From Octopus vulgaris (taxonomy: Eukaryota), in contig OX597826.1 in NCBI GenBank assembly GCA_951406725.2, positions 36,766,001 through 36,830,000 of the forward strand: a stretch of DNA of 64,000 nt, in the 5' to 3' direction. Positions within the stretch are counted from its first letter, which is position 1. Each line of letters opens with the position of its first letter. This document shows, in pieces, positions 1-14,523 of the stretch. Position numbers and translations under genes: made by a program. The notes under the pieces are model-generated. The model was not told where the DNA came from, did no database searches, and saw only the letters and a program-made list of their open reading frames with translations.

Positions 1-381
1 ACATTAAGATTAGGTTTTCTTATTGTCCGTTCGGGAGTGAATTGAGTTTGAAGTGAATAAAATATTGGTGAAGCACTGAAGTCCATGATAAACGACTTGT
101 TTTGTTTGTTCTAGCGAATATTTGACATCTGGTGCAGCCTGTATTAGAAATTAATGATACACATTAGAAACACTTCTATCACTGAATCCGTATCATACTA
201 TATACAACATAATGATCTAATATTCAGCCAGGATCAGTGAGAGCTGCAAATATTTAACACTCTACAAAGTATAGCAGGATATACACACTAATATAATTAT
301 AAAATAGCTAATGGCAGTGAATCATATAAAATGCAACATTCCAGATACAAAAGCATACACTATGCACACATGTGTGCGTAG

Positions 382-387
<6 letters not shown>

Positions 388-451
<64 letters not shown>

Positions 452-461
452 TATATATATA

Positions 462-546
<85 letters not shown>

Positions 547-573
547 GAATGTATGTATATATGTATATATATA
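388..573. repeat. (TA)n microsatellite, representative of dozens in the window (e.g. 11545-11645, 20350-20577, 35312-35490, 58345-58590, 60773-60853)
   Basis: Seen directly. Confidence 0.98.
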
Positions 574-1553
574 AATACCACATGCATTACAATACACGTA
601 TTTGTAGGCATTGATTAGACATTATAAAAATAGTGTGTTCTTTATGAAAATGTTTCAGACTGCAGATTAGTCAGAAATGAATGCATGCCTCTGATGACTC
701 ACATGAAATCAAAACAAGGCATGGATGTTTTTCTCTGATGTGACAGACGAAGTTATCAGAATAGTAAATTACATTTTTATATAACATTTATCAGTGTCTG
801 ACTTCATTTTGATATACAACGGCAAGCAATACACATCAAATACACCATGGTACACAAACACCCCAAAGACACCCACACGCACACTTACACTCTCTCTCAC
901 TCACACATACACACACACACACACCTATACATATATTTGTATATCCATATATTTATATATACTCACCACGTACACTACATATTTATATATATGTATGCAC
1001 ATATCGTACATATTACACAGTGTGTATCTAAAATTTATGGCTATGTCCGTCATTCGCAACCGAGAATGACTTGGTAGCATGGAATCACTAATCGTTTTAG
1101 ATGTCCATATCGTCATGAGCCCACACCGTCTCACTTTTGCGGCACTTTATGTAAACTCGATCCTGAAGCTCGAAGGTCGGCCATCCTAGGTTGCTAGGAG
1201 AAAGATAGAGAACAGCGTAAGTAGCAACAGAAATTACTGTTTAACACTGACCGTTCTAACAAAAGTGTATGCATTGTTGGCCCCTATTGTTCTTCTAGTA
1301 TTTAAGGCCGCCATCACTGACGTTAAAGAATAGCTCCGAGTCTTGGTTAGAAGGGAACACTATAGAAGCCGCCAGATGGATTGTGGCAGCAAATTTAAAG
1401 TTCCATCGGTGTTACATGTGTTATAGTCATTTGAGCTATAAATTCTGCTGAAGATACAAGCGGCTATGGTATACACAGCCACTCATATGTTAATTTAATG
1501 ATTATGAAGTTCAGCTGAAGAATGCTCATCGCCAAACTAGTGGAGGCGTCATC

Positions 1554-1592
<39 letters not shown>

Positions 1593-1632
1593 GATATATA
1601 TATGCATACATACTTATTTACATATATACATA

Positions 1633-1803
1633 CCAGGCGTGGGTGTTTGGTAAGAAGGGTTGCTTCTCAACCACATGGCTCCGGGTTCAGCCCCACTGTA
1701 TGGCACATTGGGCAAGTGTCTTCTACTGTTGCCTCGGGCCAACCAAAGCCTTATAAGTGGATTTGGTAAGCGGAAACTGAAAGGCGCCTGTCGTATATAT
1801 GTG

Positions 1804-1833
<30 letters not shown>
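1633..1833 (+). mobile_element. SINE family A, 5' half (tRNA-like head)
   Basis: GGCGTGG.TGT.TGGTAAGAAG...CCACATGG.TCCGGGTTCAG.CCCACTG...GGCAAGTGTCTTCTACT...GGAAACTGAAAG, repeated many times in the window. Confidence 0.85.
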
Positions 1834-1834
<1 letters not shown>

Positions 1835-1864
1835 ATCAGACGCTATGCTTGACTTCTAAATCAA

Positions 1865-2035
1865 CGAGTTATTTTATTCTCTCTGTTTATTTCCTTTTAT
1901 TCCTTTCTGCTGAAGAGCGTAGGTTGGAAGCATAAAAGACTTTCTACCTTCCCGAGCGTCAATCTAATAATACACCTGCTTGTTGTTTATACACCTGCCT
2001 TCGTCTTTTGTTTTTCTATAAATTTCAACGATATA
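1865..2035 (+). mobile_element. Older copy of the hammerhead/(TA)n element family
   Basis: Shares TTCC(C/T)GAGCGTC..AATAA..C...CTTGTT...TTTGT(G)TTTT...AAT..AAC.ATATA with the reverse complement of 11646-11745. Confidence 0.55.
1903..1938 (+). ncRNA. Degenerate hammerhead motif, paralogue of 11745-11779
   Basis: Reads CUUU-CUGCUGA-A-GAGC-GUAG-GUUG-GAAGCAUA-AAAG. The layout and the downstream tail match the 11.7 kb element, but several core positions are mutated. Confidence 0.45.
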
Positions 2036-2076
2036 TACGTGTGTGTGCGTGCGTGTGTACGTGTGTGTATGCGTGT

Positions 2077-2506
2077 ATTCTTTTATTTGTTTCAGTCAAT
2101 TGGCTCCGACTATGATGGAGCACCGACTTTAGTCAAAAAAATCGACCCCAGAACTTATTCTTTGTAAGCCTAGTACTTATTCTATCGATTTATTTTGCCG
2201 AATAGCTAAGTTACAGGGACGTAAAAACACCAACATCGGCTGTCAAGCGATGGTGGGGGATAAACAGACACAAAAATATATACATATACATATACACATA
2301 TATATACATATATATATATATGTGTGTGTATGTATGTACACACACATACACACATATATATACGACGAGCTTCTTTCAGTTTCCGTCTACCAAATCCACT
2401 CACAAGACTGGTCGGCCCGAGTCTATAGTAAAAAACACTTGCCAAGGTGCCACGTAGTGGGAGTGAACCCGGAACCATGTGGTTGGGAAGCAAGCTTCTT
2501 ACCATA
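2077..2506 (-). mobile_element. SINE family A, near full length with internal TA/TG microsatellite
   Basis: Collinear with the copies at 11131, 47381, 48265 and 50158. Confidence 0.9.
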
Positions 2507-2516
2507 AAACCAGTAT

Positions 2517-2744
2517 TTATGTGTGTGTGTCTGTCTATGTTGGTCCTCCACTGCCATCGCTTGACATTCGATGCGGGTTTGTTAATGTTCCCGTAACTTA
2601 GCAGTGCGGCAAAAAAATGATAGAATAAGTACTAAGCTTACAAAATACAAGTGTGGAGTCGATTTCCTCGACTAAAACACTTTGAGGAGGTGCTCCAGCA
2701 TGGCCTCAGTCAAATGACTGAAACAAGTAAAATAATAAAAGAAT
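2517..2744 (+). mobile_element. SINE family A, 3' half
   Basis: CCATCGCTTGAC...GTAACTTAGC...GATAGAATAAGTACTA...GGTGCTCCAGCATGGCC.CAGTCAAATGACTGAAACAAGTAAAA tail. Confidence 0.85.
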
Positions 2745-3568
2745 ACATACATACATACATGCATACATACATACATACATACATACATACACACACACAT
2801 ATATATATTGATGGGCGCACACACATACATAAACTCGTAAATACAGACACATCGGTGTATATATATAAACACACATATCCGCATATACACTTATAAGCAC
2901 GTACACACATAAAGATTATATATAGATATCATGGCGTCTCACTGCCTCCAAACTATTAATACACTAATCTGTCTGTATAAATACCCTTTTTCATTCTGTT
3001 TCTTTTCTCTTCTTTTGTTTTTATTTTGGTAACTTTTGTCTTACTGATTCTCTGCAGTTTTCTAGATTCTTCATGAATAAATTATTGTTTTTAGAATTTA
3101 TTTCTAAATTATCTTCAATCATAAATAAAGACATTATTCCTTAATATACTGGGATTTCCACATGGCAGTCGCTAACTACCGTGATGTTATCTTCTCCAAT
3201 GTCTCTCTTGCCCTGTTTGTTGTCTCACTGATGTTCTTGTTGTTACTCATGCCCATTATCACGCTTTTATGCTTTTATTTATACATTTACATCCACAATT
3301 AGACACACTCCCGTATGTATATACATGTGTGTATATATATATAGATACATATGTATATGTATATAGAGGGTTATACATGTGAATATATTTATACATATAT
3401 ATGTATGTACATACGTACTTAAATATGTACACAGACACGTACATAAGCACACACGCACATATATGTATATATATCCACACATACATACATATATATGTGT
3501 ATACATATGTATACATGTAGACTTATATTATGCTGATACATATATGTTTACGTGTGTATATTCATATA

Positions 3569-3607
<39 letters not shown>

Positions 3608-3618
3608 GTGTGTGTCTG

Positions 3619-3652
<34 letters not shown>

Positions 3653-3719
3653 TGTAGGTATATATAGTTACATATACGTATATTTGTATCTTTGCATTTA
3701 TGTATGTATGCAACATTTG

Positions 3720-3790
<71 letters not shown>

Positions 3791-4213
3791 GTCTGTCTAC
3801 ATAAAGCAAATATTCAATTTTTGCTGTAACATAGTGTCATTGGTGCTGTTGGCACTGCTGTTGTTATTGTTGTTACTGTTTCTGCTGCTGCTGCTGCCCC
3901 TTTTACTGCAATTGTTCTGTTGAAAAACACGAAAGTTCTGGGAAAAACCGAAAGATCTGAAAACATGACAAGCGCTCTCGTTCTATCAAAACCTGTAGAA
4001 TAATAATGGCATTCATTTATAGTAATGTTAATATTGTGTGTGTGTGTGTGTGCGTTGATATATATATATATATATATATATATCCACAAACATATATAAA
4101 TCCATATATATATATGTATAGTGAAAGAGAGAGAAAGAGAAAGAGAGAGGGAAGAGAAAGAAAGAGTGACTGAGAGAGTGAGAGAGTATGTATATATGGG
4201 TATATGTATTATA

Positions 4214-4249
<36 letters not shown>

Positions 4250-4689
4250 TATATATATATAGAGAGAGAGAGAGAGGTAGAGAGGAGGGAGTGTATATAA
4301 ATGTTGTTTACTTATTAACAAAATGATTTCTAGATAAAAAGGGGCGGGGTAGGGGTGGGGGCGATTGCAAAGAATACAAAGAAGGAAAGATAAAACAAAA
4401 TCATAAAAATACACACAAACCAAATGCGAAATATGTATGAGAAAAGTATAAATAAAAACAAATATAAAACACAGAAGCAAATAATAATGGTAAAAGTATT
4501 TAAGAAGCAAAACAAGGCAAAACAATAGAAGGAAATGAAACAACACAAATATGAAGATATGATCGATACATTTGTAACTGTTTAGGAGGGAGTGTAGACA
4601 TGTAAAGTATTATATCTAATTTTAAAAGGTTGCTTTCGCTATATATTAGGTTTGTTTAATGGAAAATACATAACTGTGTCGCCTAATCT

Positions 4690-5380
<691 letters not shown>

Positions 5381-6229
5381 TGCAGGCAGTGACATCTATA
5401 ATCATAAAGATGTATGATAAACTGGTTTTATGATGACTTATAAAGAAACAATCAAATGCTCTAATTTACAGACAGAAAATAAGTAAATATATAAATAAAA
5501 CGATGACGAAAACCACGAAATCTTTAGCAACAGTAAGACACTACAACCACCACCACCACCACCACCACCACCACCGCCGATACCACCACCACCGCCGCCG
5601 CCGCCGCCGCCACCAGGTTTGTCCCGAAGAGAAAAATCTAAATTGAATCTAGAACCACGAATAAAAAGGAAAAATAAAAATCTGCGGAGGAAATAAATAA
5701 ATCAACAATTTTTTTCAAAATTATGGCTAAAAGTTTAATTATACGTATCAGTATACATATATACTTGAGTTTATGTACGCACACACGAACACACATACCC
5801 ACAGGCACATACACACACAGCCCCCCCACACACACACAGTATGTATATGCGCACACACCATCTCCAACATTTACAAACATATATATAATGCATTAGTGCT
5901 AACACGCTACCGACAAAATAGCGTGTAGGCAGTGTTTGCATTAAGTTAATAAACAATTGGACTAAAATCAATACTGCAGTCACCAAAGATCTAAATAAAT
6001 CATGTCATATTAAATCTATGAAGAAATATCTCCAATATGAAAGAAAGTGATACATAGTAAATAGACAGTGTATTATGAGAATTCGTTGAAACTGAAAGCA
6101 ATAAAAAATATGAAACGACTTGATGTTAACATTCTTAAAAATCGAAATACACTATATGACCATTATACAGGCAGAGCGAGTACTGAGAAAGAACCGGGAT
6201 AGAAATGCATGTGACAACAACAAAAAGAA

Positions 6230-6261
<32 letters not shown>

Positions 6262-8589
6262 ACAACAACAATAATGTTAATGATAAATTTTCGTGCCCCT
6301 TTGAATTTTGAAGAAGGAAAGCGAAACAGTAGACATATACAATACTCCTAAATACGAGCCCGACTTTAGAAAATGAAGAAGGTGAAGATAGTGTTGGGTC
6401 TTTGGGGACAGTATCAGAAGGCATCAAGAGGAATATCTAGGAAATTGGAATAGAGTGACCAGTAGAACTGTTATAAAAGGTTTGCCTCCTTGGCACGGCT
6501 AGAATAATCAGGAGAGTATTAGATAGCTGAAAAGAACAGATAGTATGGTACCGTAGGCTGCCGGTAGCAAGCCCTCTACGCATGCAAGATTTCTTACAAA
6601 ATCTGAGTTAAAAGAATGATAGTAATAATAATAATGGTGACGGTAGTTGCAATGGCTGTTGGTGGTGGCGGTAGTTGCAATGATGTTTGCTTTTTTTTAC
6701 TGTTGGTGTTGATGGTGGTAATAGTGATGATGATGGTGATTATTATGAGGCTGGGGAGGAAAATGGTGATGGCGGTGTCGTTGTTGTTGATGGTGGTGGT
6801 GATGAAGATGGTGATTTTTTTATTGGTCGTCGGGGCATCGAATGAAGTTGAGATTACAAAGACTGGTTTCATAAAGACGGGCTTATATAAAAATTAAAAT
6901 GAGTGGTGGTGGTGGTGGTGGGGTGGGCAAACAACGCAATGATATTGTGCAGAATACAGAAAAATGTGGGGTACAAACTCTCGAATATATTGTATGGGAC
7001 TTCTTCACTCTGGCCAATCATGGAACACTGCAGACCTGAGAAGACCATCACCAATGATGGGCAAAAGCCTTTTACTGACTGTCATTAATTGGCATAGAAG
7101 TGCATGCTTTCGCTACAATCATCTTTTATCAAATTTACTGGTGAAAAAGACGAAGCTTGTCTTCTACCTTCGCTTTGCTTTCCAAGGGGACCATGAAAAG
7201 CTTAATGAAGACAAGTCTTAATTGTAAAGGTATCTCCCTGCAATCCTTTCAGCCCCACCCGCCATGCTATCTTTTTTTCCATAATCAGCGAAGTGGACGA
7301 GTCGTCACAAAGTTGGACAAGATGCTTTCAGGTAACTGTACGACTCTCAGTGCTCTGAGTTCAAATCTCACGAGGGCAACTATGCTTCTAATTCTTTCTG
7401 GGTCGATAAAAACGTATCAATCGAAGTCGATGGATTGGCGGAAGTGTAAAAATGTCGAACCGGTTTCCTTTGAGCTATTTGTTATGGTTCTTTGCGCCCT
7501 GAGTTCAAATCCGGCCATGGCCTACATGTGTTGAAGACTTAATCGCAGTCCACTGTAACAACACTTTCTGGCACCTTGGATGCTTTTAACAGTGTCCACT
7601 CTGTTGGAAGCATTTGGCTCATGTCTCTGGTTTAACGATACTTTCTTCCCTTCTTGCCCCCAATCTCGGGGGCTTTGTAACGTGTGAGTAGTTACTCTGT
7701 TCATAATCTAATTAAGATTTTGTTCATATGAAGGTTTGGAATCAACCACACACCGATGGGTTTAACTGTCTGCCGAGCCAGCTTTGCCCAACGCTATCCG
7801 ATAGTATGGACTGATCAGTCATGCCAAAATCCCCATACATGAAATGAACCTCCATATTCTACCATGTTTAAATGAGGACGTACGATATGTGAGATTTGAA
7901 GACAACAAATTCCTCGCAAACAAAGAGCAACTGTAACAGATACCATCTGGATATGTTGTTGGTTCGTAATTATCATAGTAATCTGCGTTAGTGTTTTGCA
8001 ATCTTCTTGTTCGAAACATCTGCCGAAAACACAATGACACTACCATCCCACCTTCCGCCCTTTTATAATAAAGGTGATGGTTCTAATTAAACTTCAAATG
8101 AATGTAAACAGGTTTATTAATATGATTAAAATAAGAATAATTAAGAAAACAGACATTGTTTATTGATATAATTAAAATGAGAACAATTAAGATACAAGTA
8201 ATTCTTAATTAATGTGATTCCTGTAAATGAAGACCAGCAGCAAGTTTTGCAAAATTTTTGGTTCTGCTGTCATAAATCCCCACACTTTATTCTATTCGTT
8301 TAGTTTCTGTTCTTGAGCCAAATTTGGGTTACTGTACTAAAACCTCTGTTTGTTACAAAGAAAGATGAGAATGCAATAAAATGCGATAGATCTCATTCTG
8401 CATTGTGCCATATTTTGTACACGCCTCGGCATTTAAAAAACCGTATCTTTATATATTTTCATTCGTAATATAAGAGACTCCTGTAACTCAAAATACGGTC
8501 CTAATTTGTTCACGAATGGGTTCTTCACCCGGACAGAAGCATATTTTATTAAACCTTGTCACGAAAAAGTCATTCTTTAACTGTTGTAA

Positions 8590-8786
8590 AGCGTGCCGGA
8601 TAAAATACATAGCCGCATTTAGTCCGTCTTTACTTTCTGAGATCAAACTCCACCGAAATCGATTTTGCCTTTTATCCTTCGACGTCTATAAAATAAGTAC
8701 CAGTTAACCAGTGGGATCGATGTCATTGACTTACCTCCTCCTACCAAAATTTCAGGCCTTGTGCCTATAGTAGAAAAGATTATTAT
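8590..8786 (+). mobile_element. SINE family B
   Basis: TTTGCCTTTATCCTTCGACGTCTATAAAATAAGTACCAG...CAGGCCTTGTGCCTATAGTAGAAAAG. Confidence 0.75.
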
Positions 8787-11058
8787 GAGACACTTTATCT
8801 ATCATTTCAATACGAATGTCGTAAAGTTAGAAGGAGCGATTCTAGTAAAAAACCATTTCACAACCAAAGAAGTGTGAAATGGTTTTTCACAGTCAAAGAA
8901 GCAATCGTTCAAAACTGCTGAAATAATCGAATGGTGAATATCTTAGTTGTGATTTTGTTAACAGCGTAAATTATATAAATTTGGTTTGAAGAAAGATTCT
9001 GAGTCGGCCAGTCTTTTAATGACAAGGTGTTGGCGAGGAATCACTTTGAATTGTGAATATATTAGGTATTTCTTTTGACATATATGGTACCAAACCAACT
9101 TAATATCCTGTCATAGATGGTACACGGCCATCAGTTATACACCGTATAATACTGTTGCAAGAAAACTTTATTATATTCAAGGTTACTATTATAATTGAAA
9201 GTTTGTCTCTTTGCATATTTCCAACGATTTATAGAGAAATTATTTTTTCAATTTATTTTTGTCTTTCACAAAACACCCAGAGGCTATCAATAAAAGCTCT
9301 TTGCCTCGTTCAGTCCTTTCGAGTTTCATACAAAACCGGCTTTCGGTATCCTTCTTCATTCATAAATCCGGCAAGATACAGTATAATTACTGCACGGGAC
9401 CGACTTGAAATTATCTTTATCTAGTTTAAGGAGTGTGAAAAGAACATCAAGGGGTAAGAGTATTATTAGTGCCTCCCAAATTGTGCGTGGTTTTCAGCAT
9501 TTTGCTTTTTATTGTGGCATCTTACAAGAAGCAATGAGGCAATTGTTAATTTTCGGTTTGGCTTTTGAAATATATCTAAAGTCTGGCGTCTTTCAACTCA
9601 CCCGCTTCGTCTTTTCTAGCTTTAATCTATTATCCACACCTTTCCAGTTGCTTTTTCGTAAATTGCTCTCTTAGACGTAATAGTTTCACAGTTTCTTTAG
9701 ATCAGACAGTGTTACAGAAAAGACACACAGGTCGTCAATATTCTGAACGTAGATCAATAAATCCCATATTTCTATTGGTGATATATATTGCTGACCTTTC
9801 TTTCTTCTTTCTTTGTATGTTTGTTTCCTTTTCATTTTTGTTTCTTTCTCATAATGGTAAAAAATAATATTTAAAAAATAACATAAAAAATTTAAAAGCA
9901 AAATCTTAATAAACGATATTAAAACAAAATAGTTTTTGATAAAAATAAATCTGAAAAGTTTTGAAAAATCTAAGTTTGATATAAAAAAATGTCAAACTGA
10001 AATTATATGCAACAATAAATATGATGACATGTAAAAAAAAACGTTGTCTGGAAAAACATATATACATTTTTATTTGGGATTTTACAAGGCATAAAGTGTT
10101 TTGAGTACATTGAAAAGAGACGGCATGTGAAACACTCGTCTTTAAAATGTGTTACGAGCACAGAAGTAAACAACTAAAAGCGAAAGTCTATTCGATTGCA
10201 ACGTCATAGAAAAGAAAAAAAAAACATGCATTCCGAAGGGCATTTACTTTATCCTATTCACTTTATCCGTCTCGTACGTATAAATTCTATGAGGGGTGGG
10301 GACACATTGTACTTTCTTATTCATCTGTTATAACAAGTAACAATTGCTAAGAATCCAATGCTTGCATTCAGATCAAACTTCAACTTTCAACATTCACTTT
10401 ACACGTGACCTGCTTTTTTTTTTTTCATTACAAAATGGTGGCTGCCAGCTTTCAAATAAGGTTTACCGAGGTTAGAATCTGTTTGTGTGTAAAATGAAAT
10501 AACAAAAAAATATTGAATTACTGGAGACATTATTGAGTTACAATATCATGAAGAAAAAAAGAATGACATTTGAAAATGAAGGTAAGTGTGAAATGCGGTT
10601 ACAATGCTGTATGAAATTCCCTTTATTGTGGAATAAAGCCAAGATACTTTTATGGCTTTTCCATCATCATAACAGAGAAAGGTTATAGCACAGTAACACA
10701 CATTTTGACCGATAATAGAAATCGACTGGAAATAGTGCAGGGTGACGAATGAGGACCTCGTTTATCAAAGTTGACGTGAAATATGGAAGAAAACTTGCTT
10801 CTGGTTATCAACGACAGAGATTGTAAATCACAAGTAAGCAATGATTTCTTTCTTAATTGTTCTTATCTTAATTATATTAATAAGCAATCTAAATTATGAC
10901 AGCAATAGGATTTCAGATTCAGTTTCACTGCACAGTACCTTGAGCAAGAATCTCCTATGACAGCATCGAACTGACAAATGGCAAATGAATTTGATAGAAT
11001 AGATGAGGAATGATGCCAGCCAATGTATGTATGAGTATTTTATGTGTGTGTGTGTGTG

Positions 11059-11090
<32 letters not shown>

Positions 11091-11130
11091 CATATATGTG
11101 TGTGTGTGTGTGTGTTTGTGTGTGTATGTA

Positions 11131-11347
11131 TATTCTTTTATCCTTTTACTTGTTTCAGTTACTTGAGTACAGCCATGCTGGAGCACTACCTTGAAGGATT
11201 TTAGTCTTTGTAAGCATAGTACTTATGCTATGGGTATCTTTGGCCGAACTGCTAAGTTACGAGTACGTAGACACACCAACGTCGGTTGTCAAGTGATGGT
11301 GGGGTTGACAAACATAGACACAAAGACACACACACATGCACACACAC

Positions 11348-11380
<33 letters not shown>

Positions 11381-11541
11381 CATGACGGGCTTCTTTCAGT
11401 TTCCATCTACCAAATCCACACGCTAGTTTTGGCCGGCCCAAGGCAATAGTAGAAGACACCTGCACAAGGTGCTACACAATGGGACTGAACCTAGAACCAT
11501 GTGGTTTGGAAGCAAGTTCTTACCACACAGCCACGCCTGCT
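11131..11541 (-). mobile_element. SINE family A, near full length
   Basis: Same head, internal microsatellite and tail blocks. Confidence 0.88.
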
Positions 11542-11645
<104 letters not shown>

Positions 11646-11925
11646 GTTAATTCAAACATGAAAACACAAAGAAAAAACACAACGCGAGGACGTGGAACAA
11701 GTATAGTGTTATTGGACGCTCAGGAAAGAAAAGAAAGAAGGAGGATTTAACGTTTCGAGCGGAGCTCTTCGTCAGAAACATAGGAAAAGGAAAGATCCAA
11801 GGAAGGGAAGACAGAGGAAAGAAAATCGCCAACGATACACACGCGGTCATATTTTGAATGACCGGAAGGGAATGGGTGAAGAAAAAGTTCTTTCAAAGAC
11901 AGGAGAGTGCAAGAGAAGGAGGTAT
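11646..11925 (-). mobile_element. Short hammerhead-bearing, (TA)n-terminated element (Penelope-like terminus or retrozyme-like)
   Basis: The hammerhead is followed by an approximately 100-nt pyrimidine-rich tail ending exactly at (TA)n. It is homologous to 1865-2035. Confidence 0.65.
11745..11779 (-). ncRNA. Minimal type-I hammerhead ribozyme motif (Penelope-like element type)
   Basis: Minus strand reads GUUU-CUGACGA-A-GAGC-UCC-GCUC-GAA-ACGU-U-AAAU. It has an intact CUGANGA/GAAA core, a 4-bp stem II, a palindromic ACGU stem III and a 4-bp stem I. Confidence 0.75.
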
Positions 11926-11940
11926 GTGTGTGTATGTGTG

Positions 11941-11971
<31 letters not shown>

Positions 11972-12027
11972 CATATATATATATACACACATTTTATATT
12001 TATATACATACAGACATATACCCGTAT

Positions 12028-12238
12028 GTGTGTGCAAGTGTGTTTGTGATTATACCCTCACGACTTTACAGCCGGTGTTGGAATTTTTACGCGCCTGTCA
12101 CTTAGTGGTTTGCAAAGAGCCTAGTAGATTAGGTACTAGGCTTAAAAATAAGTCCTGGAGTCGGTATGTTTGACTAACCCTTGAAGGCCGTGCTCTAGTA
12201 TGGTCGCAGTCCAATGATTGCAACAATTAAAAGAGTAA
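12028..12238 (+). mobile_element. SINE family A, 3' half (diverged)
   Basis: GTACTAGGCTTAAAAATAAGTCCTGGAGTCG...TGGTCGCAGTCCAATGATTG. Confidence 0.7.
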
Positions 12239-13447
12239 TATCTACTATTCTAATTATTCGTGTTTCCATCAAACTAACAGTGTACCCATTAAACTATTTA
12301 TTTATCTAGTTTTCTAGTGAGTCCACCATATGCTTGAAGCTCATGAAGTGCAATTTCTGCTTCAAAACAATTGTTGCTGATTTAAACTGAAGCATTTGTT
12401 GTAACAAGAAACAATTGCTGAGAACTGAATTGTTCTGTGTAAGTTCAAACGTCAACTACAATATTGGAAGGCGTAAGATTCCACGTGACTTCTTTTATAA
12501 CAAATGATAGTCGCCACGTTTTAAAACCAAAGTTTACCGTAAAGCTCTTGGAGTGGAAATGGCAATAATAATCTCGTAACATGACTAAAGAGCCTTTCAG
12601 AGCCCCTGTAATAAATTTCCTTCATGGCTCTTAAAACCCTCCTAGAAAACAGTATGGATTTCTTTGAGAAATGCGTATTAACATGTAGTCAGATAGTCAG
12701 GTTCAATAACAAAAGCATGAATTTAACACTAAACCTATTCGTTATAATTGTTAAACGTACGCTTTATAATAATATTTTAAACAGGGTTCGTCTTACTGAT
12801 TCAACTATTTTGAATACAATACGGTAACTAGCTCTGTCTTAAGACTTGTTTATTTTTGTTTTGCCTCTTTACAATATCGTTTATAACGCTTACATATATA
12901 CTATTCCTAGGGTAAATTCTCTTGAACCAAAAATGAAAGTGAAAGTATAGTAAAGGAAAGAGATTTTTCACTGAGATATTTTCAAGACATTCAATATTCA
13001 ACAAAGATACAAAGGTTGATATTAGCCATTCTTAATTCAGAATTCTGGACTTTTCTTCTATTAATTTCAAACAATAACCACCATAATCTTTTCGTTCCAA
13101 TACATATCTTTCATATGATAACATTGCCCTGATGCAAACCGGATGATAACACCACAGACTTTAGAAAAATAACATTACAAATGACTTATTATTGGAAAAT
13201 ATCTAATCAAAACATGAAGACAGTAAGCTTGAGTCAAAGGAAATGGGGAAATAGCTGACTCTTTTCAAGTATTGGACATTCACCATAATGCTGTAGCTTC
13301 AGTATATAGAAACTCTAGTATGAAGTTTTGGTATTTATATTATCGAAAACTATTTATCGAATCGCAAGGTTACGTGTTGACATAATTCGACGCATTAGTT
13401 TAGAACGGTAGATTTTAACATTCACACAGACACACTGAGATACACAT

Positions 13448-13549
13448 TATGTATGTATGTATGTATGTATGTATGTATGTATGTATGTATGTATGTATGT
13501 ATGTATGTATGTATGTATGTATCTATCTATCTATCTGTCTGTCTGTCCC

Positions 13550-13632
<83 letters not shown>

Positions 13633-13641
13633 GTCTGTCTA

Positions 13642-13686
<45 letters not shown>

Positions 13687-13705
13687 TTATCTATCTATTT
13701 ATCTG
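13448..13705. repeat. (TATG)n-(TATC/TGTC)n compound tetranucleotide
   Basis: Seen directly. Confidence 0.97.
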
Positions 13706-14309
13706 TACATACATACTTACATAAAACAAATCATACAAATCTGGACACACACATACATATATACACACATTCAATACCCTTTTGATGGTGAAATTCCAAT
13801 GTAGATCCTTTGGATCTAGGTTAGAAACTGGCTCTTTCTCTATTGGCAAGAAATCTTGAAATAAAACTGATTAATGACATACATATATACATGTGTCCGT
13901 ACGTACACACACACATACACATACATCAATAAACATACATGTATGTATGCAAAAGAGCGGAAGGGAGTGTAGGCTAAAAGAAAGGGGGTGAGAGAGATAC
14001 AATAATCCGATTATGCGATAAGAACTCCACTATGAAAGAGCTGATAACTTGAAGACAGTGCGTATGTTACAGTTAAGATTCCCTTACAAAATGGTTGATA
14101 TATTTTAACTTTTTTCTCATCTACAACTAAATACAAGTATGACGATCCGCACTTCAATATCACAGTGGTTCATGCATTTTATATTCAATCATCAGTTGGG
14201 GGAGGGGAATGTCTTTTTGTCATATATATCTTAGCAAGCTGTGATAACGCGTTTGTGCTGAAAAAGACAGTTGATCTTGCAACTTAGAAGGTTTATTATT
14301 TCAAGGCTT

Positions 14310-14523
14310 ATGACGATGAACTGACACAATCGTTAGCACGCCGGACAAAAAGCTTAAAGGCATTTCGTTCGTCTTTATGTTCTGGTTCAAATTCCGTCGA
14401 GGTTGATTTTTGCCTTTTATCATTTCGGGGACTATGAAATATGTACAAGTTGCTCACGGAGTTTGATATAATCAGTTTGCCATTCTCCTAAATCCCAGGT
14501 CTTGTGTCTATAGTAGAAAGCAT
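14310..14523 (+). mobile_element. SINE family B
   Basis: CGTTAGCACGCCGGAC...GTTCAAATTCCGTCGAGG...GTCTTGTGTCTATAGTAGAAAG. Confidence 0.75.

Noticed and set aside
1510-1545. CTGAAGA...CAAACTAGT as a hammerhead
   Set aside because: GAAA is broken and stems I and II do not pair.
12950-13290. Possible ancient CR1 fragments (also about 40400-40570, 55980-56240 and 62910-63060)
   Set aside because: Only faint peptide resemblance by eye; a translated HMM search is needed.
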